DNA of 64,000 nt from Trichoplax adhaerens (Eukaryota > Animalia > Placozoa). Shown in pieces: positions 23,497 through 37,700 of the stretch (positions are counted from its first letter, which is position 1; each line of letters opens with the position of its first letter). Under the pieces are notes generated by a model that did not search any database, had not been told where the DNA came from, and worked only from the letters and a program-made list of their open reading frames with translations. Made by a program: the position numbers and the translations under genes. Where the stretch lies: positions 10,912,878 through 10,976,877 of the forward strand of contig NW_002060943.1 in the NCBI RefSeq assembly GCF_000150275.1. Reading direction: 5' to 3'.

Positions 23497-25785
23497 ACTT
23501 CTTGATGATTATAGAATTACATCATGCAGTTATATGTGGTTTTGGTTGTACTTAAAATTTGATAATTATCAATACTGAACCTGTCAACAGTCTCTGTCTT
23601 CTAATAAGTATGCGATAATCAATAGATTTTCCTACAACATTGCAGTGGAATTGGTGGCGTTATATCATTAATTAAATTTGTCTTATTACGAATCAGCTTT
23701 GTACGATTGTTCGAATAATCTAGTACTGTACTCTGATATTGTTTCGCGCTGAGGCATTACAGGTTGTGAATTTCAAGAGAGAAATTTACTTGATTACAAA
23801 ATGTCAAGGTTGTCATTCTCTAGGACTTTATTGCGATAAAATATAATAGGTTGTACCAAAAGATGCGTGGAATCTATTGTGGTCATACTCATAAATTCCG
23901 TGAACGTAGCAAATTGTCATGGCTGCGTTTCATTATCATGAAGCTACAGTTTCTCAAATAATGTATACCATATATAAATACACTGACAGCGATAAGATAC
24001 CAGTACTGTATGTTTTAATGAGGCTATCGATAGCAGCTAATCGACAACACCTTGCACTATATTACAGATTATTGATGTCATTAAGGAGTTCAATGCAATT
24101 GTTAGTGAATGCTGAATTATATATAGTCGTAGACCTCCATAAATACGTCACATTTGATTAACTGTAGCGGTTTACTCTTCCAGTTAATACAAAGTTGATT
24201 AAAACAAGAATTACTAATGTGTGATGTATTATCAATTAACAAACGCTGAAAATGCTTATTGCTTTGATACTTGAAGGTAATCAATCAAAGATATTTTGTT
24301 TAAAACGTTGTAGGACATATTGATTTGGAAAATTGTACGATCCCTTCTCAACGGCTATCATTGCTATTTCATTCAAACAATATAGTGCAATGAATGGGCT
24401 GCTGTCACATTGATGATCAATTTATTAGCAAAATAGATGTTGTTGATGGACGGCGTAGGTGATCCTTAGTTCCACAGTAAATAGGCTAAAACAACATGTA
24501 ATACTACTATAGCGAATTAGTAGAATAAGCATTCATACGAATAGAAGGGCTATAAATGTAATATTGCATCGAAATGGCACACTACTTATAAATGTATCCG
24601 GTTATAATTTATGCCATCAAATGTAGTATCAACTGCTTTATTTATTTTTTAAATATTGATCACCTACTTGTAAGACCTGCTATCAGAATAAATAGAGCAA
24701 CTTGTATTTATACACATAACCCTTAATCGGATCTATTGTTAATTCCAAGGATGTAGAACGAGGCAAATGTGTGTATTTCCAAAGTGTTTATGATCGCACT
24801 GATTACCATTTAAAAATGATATAATCAATTCACGAACGTTGTCATATATACTCCCAAAATAATGTCAATGCCGCTACAATAAACCTTATATATAATATAA
24901 GGGTTTTCTAGCCAAATCTTGTCAGATATAACCGTATTTAATTTTAAATAGAAAAAAATATTAAAAAAATATATGTATCGAAATGTTAAATATGACCAAT
25001 CGTACGTCATAAGTGAACGTATAAATTACTTTATATGCAAATTTCTACAATCAAATATAGTCTGATAATAATCAGACCATACCATTGAATAGATACCACT
25101 GTTTTGGACAATATGACCTGTAATATTTGCATATGCATTACTGTGAAGCTTGCACTATACTGAATATGACAGTTATAAAGTAAAGGATAAAGCAGCCGCG
25201 CTCTATAATGTATTCTAGAACTATGATGTCAGAGATGTTGAGGTTGTTACAGGCTTTAATACTAATACTATGGTAATAATAACCTCCATCATCTTTTGCA
25301 TAGTACCGTACCTTTGCATTGCCTTATTATCTTGCCTAACCGTAGAGAAAAATATTACGATATTTATTTTTAATTTTATTCGATTTTGCTAAAAGTATTA
25401 ATAACAATCTTCTATAGTTAAATCAATCAATAGTGGTAATATCATATTTCAGTACGAAGATGTATTTAAATGAGCTGATCTGTGAGGTTTTTATCCGAAG
25501 TGACAATGAAGGAAATATCGTCATAAATGTATCCATAACAACTCTGGGAACAATGACGTTAACGCCCGAACTTGTATTATGGACAGCTTGTTGACTACAA
25601 TTCTTTCTCGTCAACAGTTGGATCTACATCGACTGTACTTCATAATAACATATCGTGTTTATGCAGCATTGGAGAACAATATGTAAAGTATTATAATATA
25701 CTTCTTTTATTGGATGTAAATCGATAGCAATTCTAATATTAAATTCAGTTGGAATATACACGGTAATTAAGCTGGAACTTCAATC

Positions 25786-28700
25786 ATGGCTGAAATGAAG
25801 TTCATTTTTATCCTTTTACTGGCTCTAACCATCCAGGTATGAAATTCATAGTTAATTTTTACCTTCCATTGGGCAAATATTGCCAATGCTATTTTACGTT
25901 CTATATCAAAACTAACACTAATATATCATGCAATAGGTACAATTTAATTTTAATAAATTTGAGTATGGCATTAATTCAATTTTGCTTTCTGCGTATAACT
26001 ACTTCACAGAATTTTATATAGCATCATCATATAAATCCATAGGTCATTTCATTTGAGCTTGCAAGTAAATCTTTATTACTATTTTAATAAGAATTTAGTG
26101 TCCGTTTAATCCAATGTATAAAACAAAATTTATTTTACTTGTGTGACTTCTCGATTTCAAGCTCAATTAGCCAGCCTTCGTTTCTGTTTATATTGAAAAA
26201 TTTTTATAAAAAAGTTTTATCTAAGTGTCATTAATCAAAAATGACTGAACAATATTTTTCCTATTGATATTATTGTAATTTTAACTACTATTTCCGCGTA
26301 CGACTTCCTAACAAGCTATTTTTGGTTTACAGAGGTGATAAAATTATAACCAAAATTGATTACTTGAAATTTTTCTCCCGAATCTTGCAAATAGTAAACC
26401 TGTCCTACTATTTCATATTCGATATGTTATGGGCGGTATTATATCATAAGAAGGAAAACCTTTTTCATCGTGTCATTTCCACACTTGCCTAAATGATTAA
26501 CATAAAGCCATTAAAGACATAAAGGGACTGTCTATCTGTTCTTCATAAATAATATCTTTGTAACAGTATAGCTGTGGATCATAATGATAGTCTTGTTCAA
26601 GCAATATAAGCACTCTTAATAGACAAATAGAAACGCATTTCATAATATCATTTTCCAAAGTTGATCTCAACGACTTACATGAAGTAATTATAGTTTGAAG
26701 CTTAATTTCCTATTTTTCAGCGGCTGATATTCTATATCATTGTTCTACATAATAATCTATTATATCAGAATTCCTAGTAGTAACTTTACACTTGCAATAA
26801 ATTTAAAGCTGATTCATTACAATCGCATTTGAAAGTACTCGTTACAAACTGCCCCAAGGTAATATTTTACATTGGTTTACTTCACATTTTGTACCCTGAA
26901 TATAAACGTAATGTAAAGATATATCGTATTCGTACTCAATTTATTTTACAAAGACAGTACTTTACTAAGATCATCAAATGTTAAATATTTCATTTCTTAA
27001 CTTGATCTTCATCAAACGAATGGGTATAGTTATGAGCATAAAATATAAGAAACTTTTTCATACCAGGTTTGGTACTGAATTTAGCTATCGCTCCTAAAAG
27101 TAGGACGTCAATAGATAAATTCGCTTTTAACGCTAACAATTCAACGACGTTAATTTATGATGTCACCTTGTCTACAACTTGATTGAAAAAATTGATGAGC
27201 AAACTGATCAGTTGATCAATTTGCTCATCAATTTTTTCATACCAGTCAGTAGTACGTTTTCCTATTTAAGTAACCGAATTTAAATGAATATTGAAGCCAA
27301 AGAGCAAGATATCATGACGCAGTGTATGTAGTTTTATAACCGAACGGCACATTATTCTAGATACCTACCATATTGGTATTCTGTTTAAATGTAAAATATT
27401 GATATAAAAAATTTCGAGATTATAGTAGAAACGAAGAATATTTATTAATTTGTATCCGTATAGTCTAACTAACTGACTATTCGCCACATTAATTAGTGAA
27501 CTTTAAAATCAATTATTACGTTTCACTTTAGTTTCAATTATTTTTTCATTTTTGTTATAGAAAATAAATTATGATCGATAATAAATTGTAAATTACAGGT
27601 TTTATTCTTTATTAGTTATAGTTTACTGTTATGTGCTGTGAAAGTTGAAAGTGTATAAAGTTAAACTCTTTAAAATTGAATCAGTCGTTAGTTTGTGTCT
27701 ATTTATCCATCACTAGTAATAGGCATTTTAGATTGAATTAAGTAACATGAGGACGGTACTCAATTTCAATAAGAAGAGTATATACGTGTGTCCCTGTAAA
27801 ATAGCAATATCAATTATGACAGTCTTAAAAATAGTATGTCGCTTGAGGCACTTTGTATCGTCAGACAATACTTCAGAACAGTCTTGCTAAGTCTCATTAT
27901 ATTATCTATATTATAGTTGGGGGTTTCGAAGCTTTAACAAATCACGGGAAATAGAGCGTAAAATAAAATTTTCTTTCAACTATATCCTTAAATTTTTAAT
28001 TGAGATATTTGCCTGTGTTTCGAAACCTATTGAATTGTCAATGGCTTTACTTGTTTCGTACGGTAACCATCAATGAGAAGTTACGGTATCAAGTAATAAC
28101 TATATTGTAATATCATTAAATAAAGTGAAGAGAATGATACATTAATACCGCTATGATCGAAGACTTTTTTCATGTCTTTGTCGTACAAATGAGCCCTTGA
28201 TACTTCAACTATCCAAACATTTTAGCGATACTATGCATCACTTATCCAAGTTATCCAATGAAACATGATCGTGTTTGTCATAAAAGGTGTCTCACAATAA
28301 CTATCTTAGTCAAATGGTATTTTCTAAAAGGCTTTTATTACAAGGTTTCAGGAATAGTAGAGCAATAATTAATTACTACAAGAATCTAGTCTAAAATCTA
28401 AAGTGTTCCGAGCTCAAAGCAAAGTGAAGTCTCTTTCCCTAAAAGCTCATCTCTACAGTTCTTATATACATTTCGTTAAATCCATTTAATCTTCAATCAG
28501 ACATGAGTCATCAAGCAAAATATTTTCTCAAATAGCACATTACCTTCTACAATCTAAATCATTCTTCTTAAGATGTTACTACTCTTATATTAACGTCTAG
28601 CTCCTTTCGGAGTATTGCGACTTAATGGGCAAGACAAGATTTGTTACAGTAAAAGCATTTTGTAACTAATCGTATATAAATCGTGAATTTTGCTGTAAGA

Positions 28701-31700
28701 AGTAGATTGTCAGATAGTCAGATAGTCCTTGGTAGTTAGACGAACCTAACTTCTGTAATAAAGTGAAATTTGCAAGAAACTGTAGTTCTTGATTTATTGT
28801 TTTGAAGATCACTTTATCACAGGCACCTTAATAAGCCACAGTGTTTCTAGCCTCATAAGTCTTGTATCATAATTAGTCAACTGGCTAATATTAGTCATCA
28901 ACAATTTCTAATATAGTAGTTAACAATTATTTAATAGAAGCTTCGCAATATTATCTATTCAAAGTAACCTAACTATATCATATAGCCGTTTGCATAATCA
29001 AATATAGCTATTCTTATAATCAAATATGGGTGCATCACTACACTGTTATAGAGTAATATGCTTTGTTTTAAATTTTCGGATAGCTATGGAGCAATGCTGG
29101 ATTAATTCATGTAGAGAATAGTATTTTATAGTTATTAAGTATTGCTATCTAAATCGTATTTCGTATTTTATCTCCGGTAGATACATTTCAATTCTAATTC
29201 TAATTGTAACTTAACTATAGGTGAGCCACAGTCAAAATGTGACCGTCAGTAAACCAGTTTCGACACAAGGTAAGCGTTTAATTAAATCTTAGATTGGATT
29301 CTTTTCCTTGCTAAACAAAGGACCAAATGCTATATAGAGATCTTATTAGAAAGTGCAGAATAATCGCTATTTTTATACTACATAAAGCAAATAATAAGTT
29401 ATAACTTTAATGATAGCTTCATAATTCCTAGCTGTTATTTGCTGTAGTAGACAAATAATAAAGCAGAACTTGTCTGGAGTCCATATTTATCTAAGAATGA
29501 GTCTGACAATAAGTCTATTGGGCGCATTTATAAATCATCGATGCGAACAAGAAATATCAATCGAGCTTTTAGCTAACAATACTGATCCTTTCTGTTATCG
29601 ATAATATGCTAGGTACACAATCCCATTCTACAAATGTTACTGGTAACATACGTCCTACAAATGCTACAGGTAAAGAAATATTTGGTTAAAGCGAAAGGAA
29701 ATGCATAAATTATTTATGGGATTCTTTACATAATATGGACGTGCGATAGAATCAATATAAATGAATTGTTTCAGATACGGAATCAATTAATTGTAATTGC
29801 TAATTATCCTTCGTAGCTCCTAATGCTTGCATGTCAATGCCTTGTGTTAATGGTCGTTGTTACCATTGGACTTTCGGTAACCAATCCTACTACAAATGTT
29901 CATGTCAAAGTGGATACACAGGAGATCGTTGTGATACAGGTAAACTTAATTTTGGCTAAATAACTTTGTGCAAATGCTTAAAATTTAGAATTTGGGGCAA
30001 TTTACATCAAACATTTATTGATAATAAAATTTCATTTCAGTCTTTAAGTACTCGTATTGTGCCAATCATAATCCATGCTACCAAGGTCGATGTGTAGATA
30101 CAAATAATGGATATTCTTATCAATGCATCTGTTTCCAAGGATATACTGGAGCTACTTGCAATAACGGTAAGGCGGCTACAGTTTTTTTCAAATACTTTCT
30201 AAATTTATAAGCAATATCCTACGCTAAGTAAAATTTATTAAGCAAACAAATAGACAATAGTTCATAAAACAATTACTTTTCTCATCCAGCAAAAAATCGA
30301 ATTTTATTTTATTACTTTCATTATGCAAGACTAAGTATAGCAGATACAGCAATGCTAGCGTTAGAAAATTTTTATAAAGGACTAGCTTCTACCGTATAGT
30401 TATAATATGAAGGGACTATAAATTATTAAAGATAGACTTTGCTAAGGAGCCATCTTTTTAATGTGTATCAGCTTTAAATGGTGCTTCTTATCCTTGCGAT
30501 AAACGACCTTGCCGGGTTGGTCGTTGTATTAATGTACGTATTGGCTTAAAACTTTCATACATTTGCAACTGTAGCAAATATGACAACGATCCTTCCTGTT
30601 ACCGAGGTAAATATTGTTCAATATAAGACTAAATAATAAAAATTTAGGATCATAGCTATACGTAACCATAAGAGCGGATTTTTTGTAGCTAATTGTATCT
30701 CTATTGGTTTCGATATTTATACATTACGAGCACTTCTTCTATAAATTCAATGTTTGCCAACTATTTTAGAACTTTCACGACTTACAGATAAAGTTTACGC
30801 TTATTTTAGATCGTGCTTGTGGAAATCCATGTGCTGTTAGCGATCCTTGCATCAATGGAAAATGTAAATCTGATAATCATGGCGGCGTTTTCTGCACTTG
30901 TAACCCCGGGTTTACTGGACCTCGATGCCAGTGGTCTAGTAAGTTTAATACTTAAGAAAATGTCAAGTTAATTGTTAGACATTCATGAGGTTGTTGATTG
31001 GCGAACTAAATATGTCATGCTAATTTTTGTGTATAGGTGGAGTTACTCAAACACCATTTACAACTGCGTACGTATTATTTTAATTATCATGGAATTAATG
31101 CGTATTATTGATAATAATTATTAATCACGAGATATAGCTGGCATAAGTTTAGACAGAATAATTATTGACTTACTTGATACCATGCTATGCATTTACATAT
31201 AGCCTAATTTTAACGATAATTTTATCTAATTCCAGTTGATGGCACCTATTGCGTTTCTAATTTACTCTTATCCTAGCCTTAACCCTAAAATAGTAGTATT
31301 TACAAATGTATTACATTCGCTTTCTAGACGACCAACGATTCCTCAACAGATGCAAGTCTGTAAACCATATACCGGCTTCCTATGTAAACGTTATTTGGAA
31401 GGACGAAATATATATGTTGCTAATCATTCCATCATTGGTACTGAAGCTACCCTATTTACTGGACTATTTTATGGCCATGCTACTGGACTATTATCACCGA
31501 CTTGTCTCAAGGCAGTGTTACCAATAATTTGTACTACTTCGTACTCAGTATGCGACGGATCAAAACCTGCTCGTTTGTGCAGAGAGCAATGTCAACCCTT
31601 TTCCAATATTATACAAACTTGCTTAAAACGATTAGACCCTAATACAGTCGATTGCTCTAAGTTACCATCAATGAATAGTACTGGTATTAAGTGTAGTCCA

Positions 31701-34700
31701 ATCAAATTGCCACAACCTGATCAAGGTAAATAAATAAAATTAATTATAACATTCGATAATGAGAGATTATATTGTATTGTAGTATGTAATATCCAGCAGC
31801 TCGCTAGGACTTATTGCATCTCAATTTCAATATCAACATAGAGTCACACTGTTTAACTCAAAATAGTTCTTATGTGTTTCATAACTATTCGAAATTATCA
31901 TCTTCGTAAAGACTAACTACTTCATCTGTCTATATCTTCATATGTAGTGGCTCCACCAAATCCGCAGACTCAGTAAGTTAATTGAAAAAAATTTTTTATT
32001 AAATGTTTATAGTAGCTTACTCTATACAATCAATTTGTCTGCACTAGGTGACTAAACTAAGTTGCAAGGATCCCTTAACTACTATTGTTAATCGCTATTT
32101 GCTTACTTTCAAATCTGACAGGGTTGAATGCGTTTCTTATCAAGGAAGCCTTTGTAAAAATGCTCTACAAGGCTCCCAAATTGCCTTGTCATCTAACTTT
32201 CCGCAACAGCAAGTAGAAGAAGGTTTAGAAAAGATCATCAACTCTAATATGGCCATCAGTAAGGAATGTCGTGCTAAGCTAATTTCACCAATTTGTCGAG
32301 CGGCTTATGTAACATGTTCGCAAAATCGACCCGTTCGAGTATGCAGAAAGAGTTGTCAATCAGTTGCGACACTTATCCGTCAATGTATGCCCTATCCTGC
32401 TAGTCAAATGATACTACGATTCTGGAATTGCTCGAAATTTCCCGATATGAATTGTACTAATACTAATGCAGCTCCAATCGGTAAGAATTGCAGTAGAACG
32501 TGTTTTTTTGAGAAGTATCTAAACTGTATTTATCCTATGTAATAGAAAGATAATTATCTGTTGCAACGCTTTATAATTTGATTATATAATTGTTTCACAC
32601 GATCTAAATTTTCTATTTTCTATATTCTCTTGCATGTCCATTCATATATTAGTTAATTACGCATTAACTTATGCTTTTTAATTCATATATTGCCTACAGT
32701 ATAACAGTTACGTCAAGTCGCTTCTATGTTCACGCGATGGAGGCAATATCTTATACATAGTCCTATTTATTTTAGGTAACGGAACAATTCCTGTACGTCT
32801 AACCAATACTCACTTAAGGAATCAAGGTACCGTTGAAGTCTACGTCAACGGCCGTTGGGGAACTGTGTGCGACAAAAATTGGAACATGCACAACGCTATG
32901 GTAGTTTGTCGTCAGTTGGGCTTCAGTAAAGCACAAGCTGCTACTTGCTGTAATAAATTTGGTCAAAGCACAACATCATTCGCTCTTACTAATGTCTACT
33001 GCAAAGGTAACGAGCCTGGTCTTGGTTCATGTTTCCATAACGGATTTGGCAATGCTAATTGCTCTTCTGGGATGACTGCTGGAGTTATTTGTTCCAGTAA
33101 GTTAGAATATTGATCTATATTGAACAAATTACGACCTCTTTTATCGATCCTTTCTTCAGATATTTGAGAGTTGATTGTCGAAATAAAAATAATTAACAGC
33201 TGATATATAACGTAACCATCAATTCATAGGTACCACCAATAACACTAATAATTTGACTGATACGTCCACAAAAGATCCCATGACACAACCAATGCCTACG
33301 GGAACTATGAAGTAAGGACTATAGCGATTATAGTAATGTCATTTATTCCACAGTATACACTATTATAATCTTGACTTTCACGTAATCATGCTTGTTGATC
33401 TACTAGGAAAATAATTGATTAATAGTAATAATTATACATTTGCTTATTTGTTCCCAGCTTTAATATGACGACTATGAAACCGACGCAGATGATGACGATG
33501 GGACCAACACCATTTAATCCATCCAAACCCGGTCAGGCTGTTTGTGTTCAATATACCTCTACACTTTGTAACCCGTACTTGTTTACAAGTTCTATTGCCC
33601 AAATTGGATCTCGGGCTCCTCAAGATGAAGAAAGAAATATGGTATTGTCCATACTATTTGCACATGCTACCGGATCATTATCAGCTCAATGTATTCAGAG
33701 AATATTGCCATTTATGTGCGAAACGGCATTCCCTGAATGCTACAATAACCAATCATACTTCTTGTGCCGCGAAGACTGTCAAAGTCACAAGCCAACTGTT
33801 ATGGCATGTTTACAGAACATGCCTAATGTCCATCTTCCAAATTGTTCTCAACATCCTAGCCGCGCTAACAATGGCACATGTAATGATATCGTTAGCGATT
33901 CTACTGGTTGGTAACTATCTGTAATGAATCTTTTTCACTACCAATTTAGGATATCAATAATTGTTATTTCGATTTGCAGTTTCATAGTTATGCTATACAT
34001 ATACAATATTTTACCTATTATTCAGTAACTAATTCTTATAATTCAAATTTGTCTTCCATTTCTAGAAATGACACCAACAGCAACGTAAGTTTTAATCAGC
34101 CATTAAATAATTATGATTTAATGGTATAGTACATACTAGTTATATTATTTATCACTCTTCTGCAGCTACAAACTAATCAGGAACTGTAGTATATGGTTGC
34201 AAAAATTATAATTATCAAATAGCTTGGTCTTAATACAATATGTACGCGTATATTAGTTATAATCAGTTGACATATTAAAATCACAGTATTTCTTTAAAGT
34301 AGATATCCTATCGTCGAAAAGCATCAGTTGCCGACAGTCGTTTTGGATATCCATTTTATTATTTTGCTTAACACTCACCAGATAATTGCAAAATCTAACA
34401 TTCTAATCAAGCTCATAGTTTCAATTAAAATTTTTGCCGAAATAAGACTTCTTGTAAAATCGTAGTTGATAGTAGAAGACAAATCAGATATAGTTTAATG
34501 GACAGCTAATTAAGATTAATCGTGATTCCTTTTCCTTGGTCTTCGTAGAGCATCCATGTGTGTTCCATATCAAAGTGGCATTTGTTCTAATTTCTTCAAT
34601 CAAACCAATGTTACTATGATATCAAATGACCAATACCTTCCAAAGTCTCGCATCGAAGCCATTGCTAATGATCTTCTAGGTAGTGGAAGTGATCTATCAC

Positions 34701-37700
34701 ACGAATGCAAGAAGAGATTATTAGCTAGTTTTTGCGTGCTTAGTTATTCCCCTTGCCGAGGAGGCATGCCACGTAACTTATGCCGAAAAGATTGTATGGA
34801 AGCTATGCGTTTAGTTAAAGAATGTGTGCCTTATCCAGCTAGCAAAAGTGTAATTAAAATTTTTAATTGTGAGCGCTTTACCAATGCAACTTCAAAATGT
34901 ATAGCTGTCAATCAAAAGCCGATTCAAGGTATAAACAAGATTTTGATTCTATCAATTCAAAATTAATCTCATTGTAAAATAGTCGTTCAATACAATCTAA
35001 AGTAGTAATCTTAATTTCTTGATTGTAATATTTAGTAAATCTGCCTGATATTCGCCTTGTTGGTGGAAATTCAAGTAGAGAAGGTCGCGTTGAAATATAC
35101 CGAAACAGCACTTGGGGATCTATTTGCGGTCACAACTGGAATATCCAAGCTGCTAACATTGTATGCAAGCAATTAGGATACCATGGAGCACAAAGAACAG
35201 CCTGCTGCGGACAATTTGGTAATGGAACCGGTCATTATATGCTAAGTAATGTCCACTGTGAAGGCAACGAAAAACTTATTACTGACTGCTTTAATTCCGG
35301 AAATGGCATGATGTCCACCTGTAAGAGACCTGGTGAAGAAGCTGGCGTCGTCTGTAAGTCAATATCGCTAGGACTAAATAGGATTGATTTATCTTACGAA
35401 GACAAAATTACCGATACGTTTCTTAAAATTTTACTTCTAGGTAAAATGGACCCTACTACGCCTATGCCAACGTAATTACAGATTATATAGCAGCATGCGT
35501 AGAATCTTTTCGTTTTTGGCATACACAGTATTACATTCAGTTATAATTCAATTGTAAAGATTGGTTGTTAGTAGCTTGAAATTATAGTCCAACAGTTTAA
35601 ATTGATAATTGTAGTCGTTCTAATACTAGTCTTGCTTAAATTAATTTAGTGCAATTTTTTGTTTAGCACCATGAAACCTCCATCTCCTACATTTTCAAAC
35701 AACTTAATCTGTCGAGAATTTAAGCCAAGCTTTTGTAAAAAGTTCGTCAATCACACCAGTGTACTACAATTAGGATCACAATCGCCTGAAACTATGGAAG
35801 GACTAATTGCAACAAATACGTTCTACGCTCATTCATCTGGTTTAGTTACGAAACAATGTCTAGAAGTCCTTTTACGCTTTTCTTGCTTACAAGGATTCCC
35901 TCAATGTCATGGAAATAAAATCTATACCATATGTCAAGAAGACTGTAATGCTGCTTTACCTTATGTGCATAGCTGCTTAGCTAGGCTAAAGAATGCGTCA
36001 ACGACCATGCAGCTACCGTCATGTAAAAATGCGCCGAGTAGAAAGGCTGGCTACAAATATTGTATCTCACTACCAAATATGAATATACATATGAATAATA
36101 TGAGTGGCAATTCGACAGGTTAGATATGTATTTGTCTACTGTTAGGACAGCTTTTTATGATAATCAGTGAAACAGATTAAAAGATCTAAAACAGTTAATA
36201 TTTAAATGGTGCTATCATTAAATTACGGAGGACATTTGAATTTGCTATGCATTTGAGGATAGCTAATAACATTATATCTGATAGCATTGATGCAGTGGTT
36301 ACTTTTGGCATAGATTTCTAGAAGTACATAGTTCTAGAGTCTATGCTTTTGGTCATCACTTTTACCATTATTTAACCTTAGCCGCATAAAGAACAGCACA
36401 TGACTAGCAAAAGTAAATTCACTAATATTATAATATTATCTTTAAAAAAAAAATAGCTACTCCACCAACCGCACAACCAGCGTAAGTTTAATTTAATATC
36501 GTAGGCTTACCTCTGCATAATAAAGTAGCTATCTTTATAGCTCAATTTTGTCTAAATTGTACTTAAAGTGAAAATTATAAAGTAATTTATTATCGTAATT
36601 CTCTAATTTCTTAGACCGACATGTACAAAATATACCGGAAGTATTTGTAAACAAGTTTACAACACCACACAAATATCATCCTTAAATTTCTTGCCCCAAG
36701 AGAGCATCGAAAAGGACATAATGCGATTACTAGGAAATCCTAATAGTCTCTACCCTCCATGTCGTGAAAGAATCCTTAAAGCTCTTTGTGTAGCTTCGTT
36801 TGTTCCATGTAGAAATGGAACAGACCAAACTTTATGTCGCGAAGATTGTCAAAATCTGCTCGGATTATTGAAGAATTGTATACCAACACAGACTACTCTT
36901 TCTCTGTTGTCTGTCTGGAACTGCAGTATATTCCATCGCAGCAACAATACAAATGGAAGATGCAAGCCAATTAACATTAAGCCACTTGGAAGTAAGTCAT
37001 TTTCAATTTTAATGTAATCTCTGCGTATTGAAATGGCAAAGGCATTAATCTTACTACAATAGTTATAACTTTGTATTACAGTCTCAGATATAACGAAAAC
37101 AGAAGTTAATATACTGAATTCCTTGTACTCTGCTTATGCTCGTGATCACTTTTGTAAAATAATTGCTATTTCATTTACTACTATAATACAAAACTTAATA
37201 GACAACGATACAGCACCGGTTCGCTTAGTTGGCGGTAAGACACGCAATGAAGGAAGAGTGGAAGTTTATCGTTTCGGAAAGTGGGGAACTGTATGCGATT
37301 ATGGATTCGATATGAAAGATGCTAATGTAATTTGTAGACAACTTGGTTATGAAGGAGCTGAATCGTGGCGTTGTTGTGCTCAATACGGCAACGGTACTGG
37401 TCAAATTTGGCTATCTGGAGTTGATTGTAAAGGCAATGAAAAATCGATTGCTCAATGTCGCCATTACGGTTGGGGCAATACCAATCATTGTAACCATTTC
37501 AAAGATGTTGGAGTAAGATGCAAAGGTACGATTCCGTATGCTATTAAAAACGCCGGTGTCGGTTTCAGTATTTATAGTACATTCTATAGGATTATTAATA
37601 TAATTAAAATAGATATTACAATATATTTGTAATATAACCCTTAAGAGGTCTAAAGTATACTATAAATTCTAATGGATTGTAATTCTTCATATTTTCAGTT

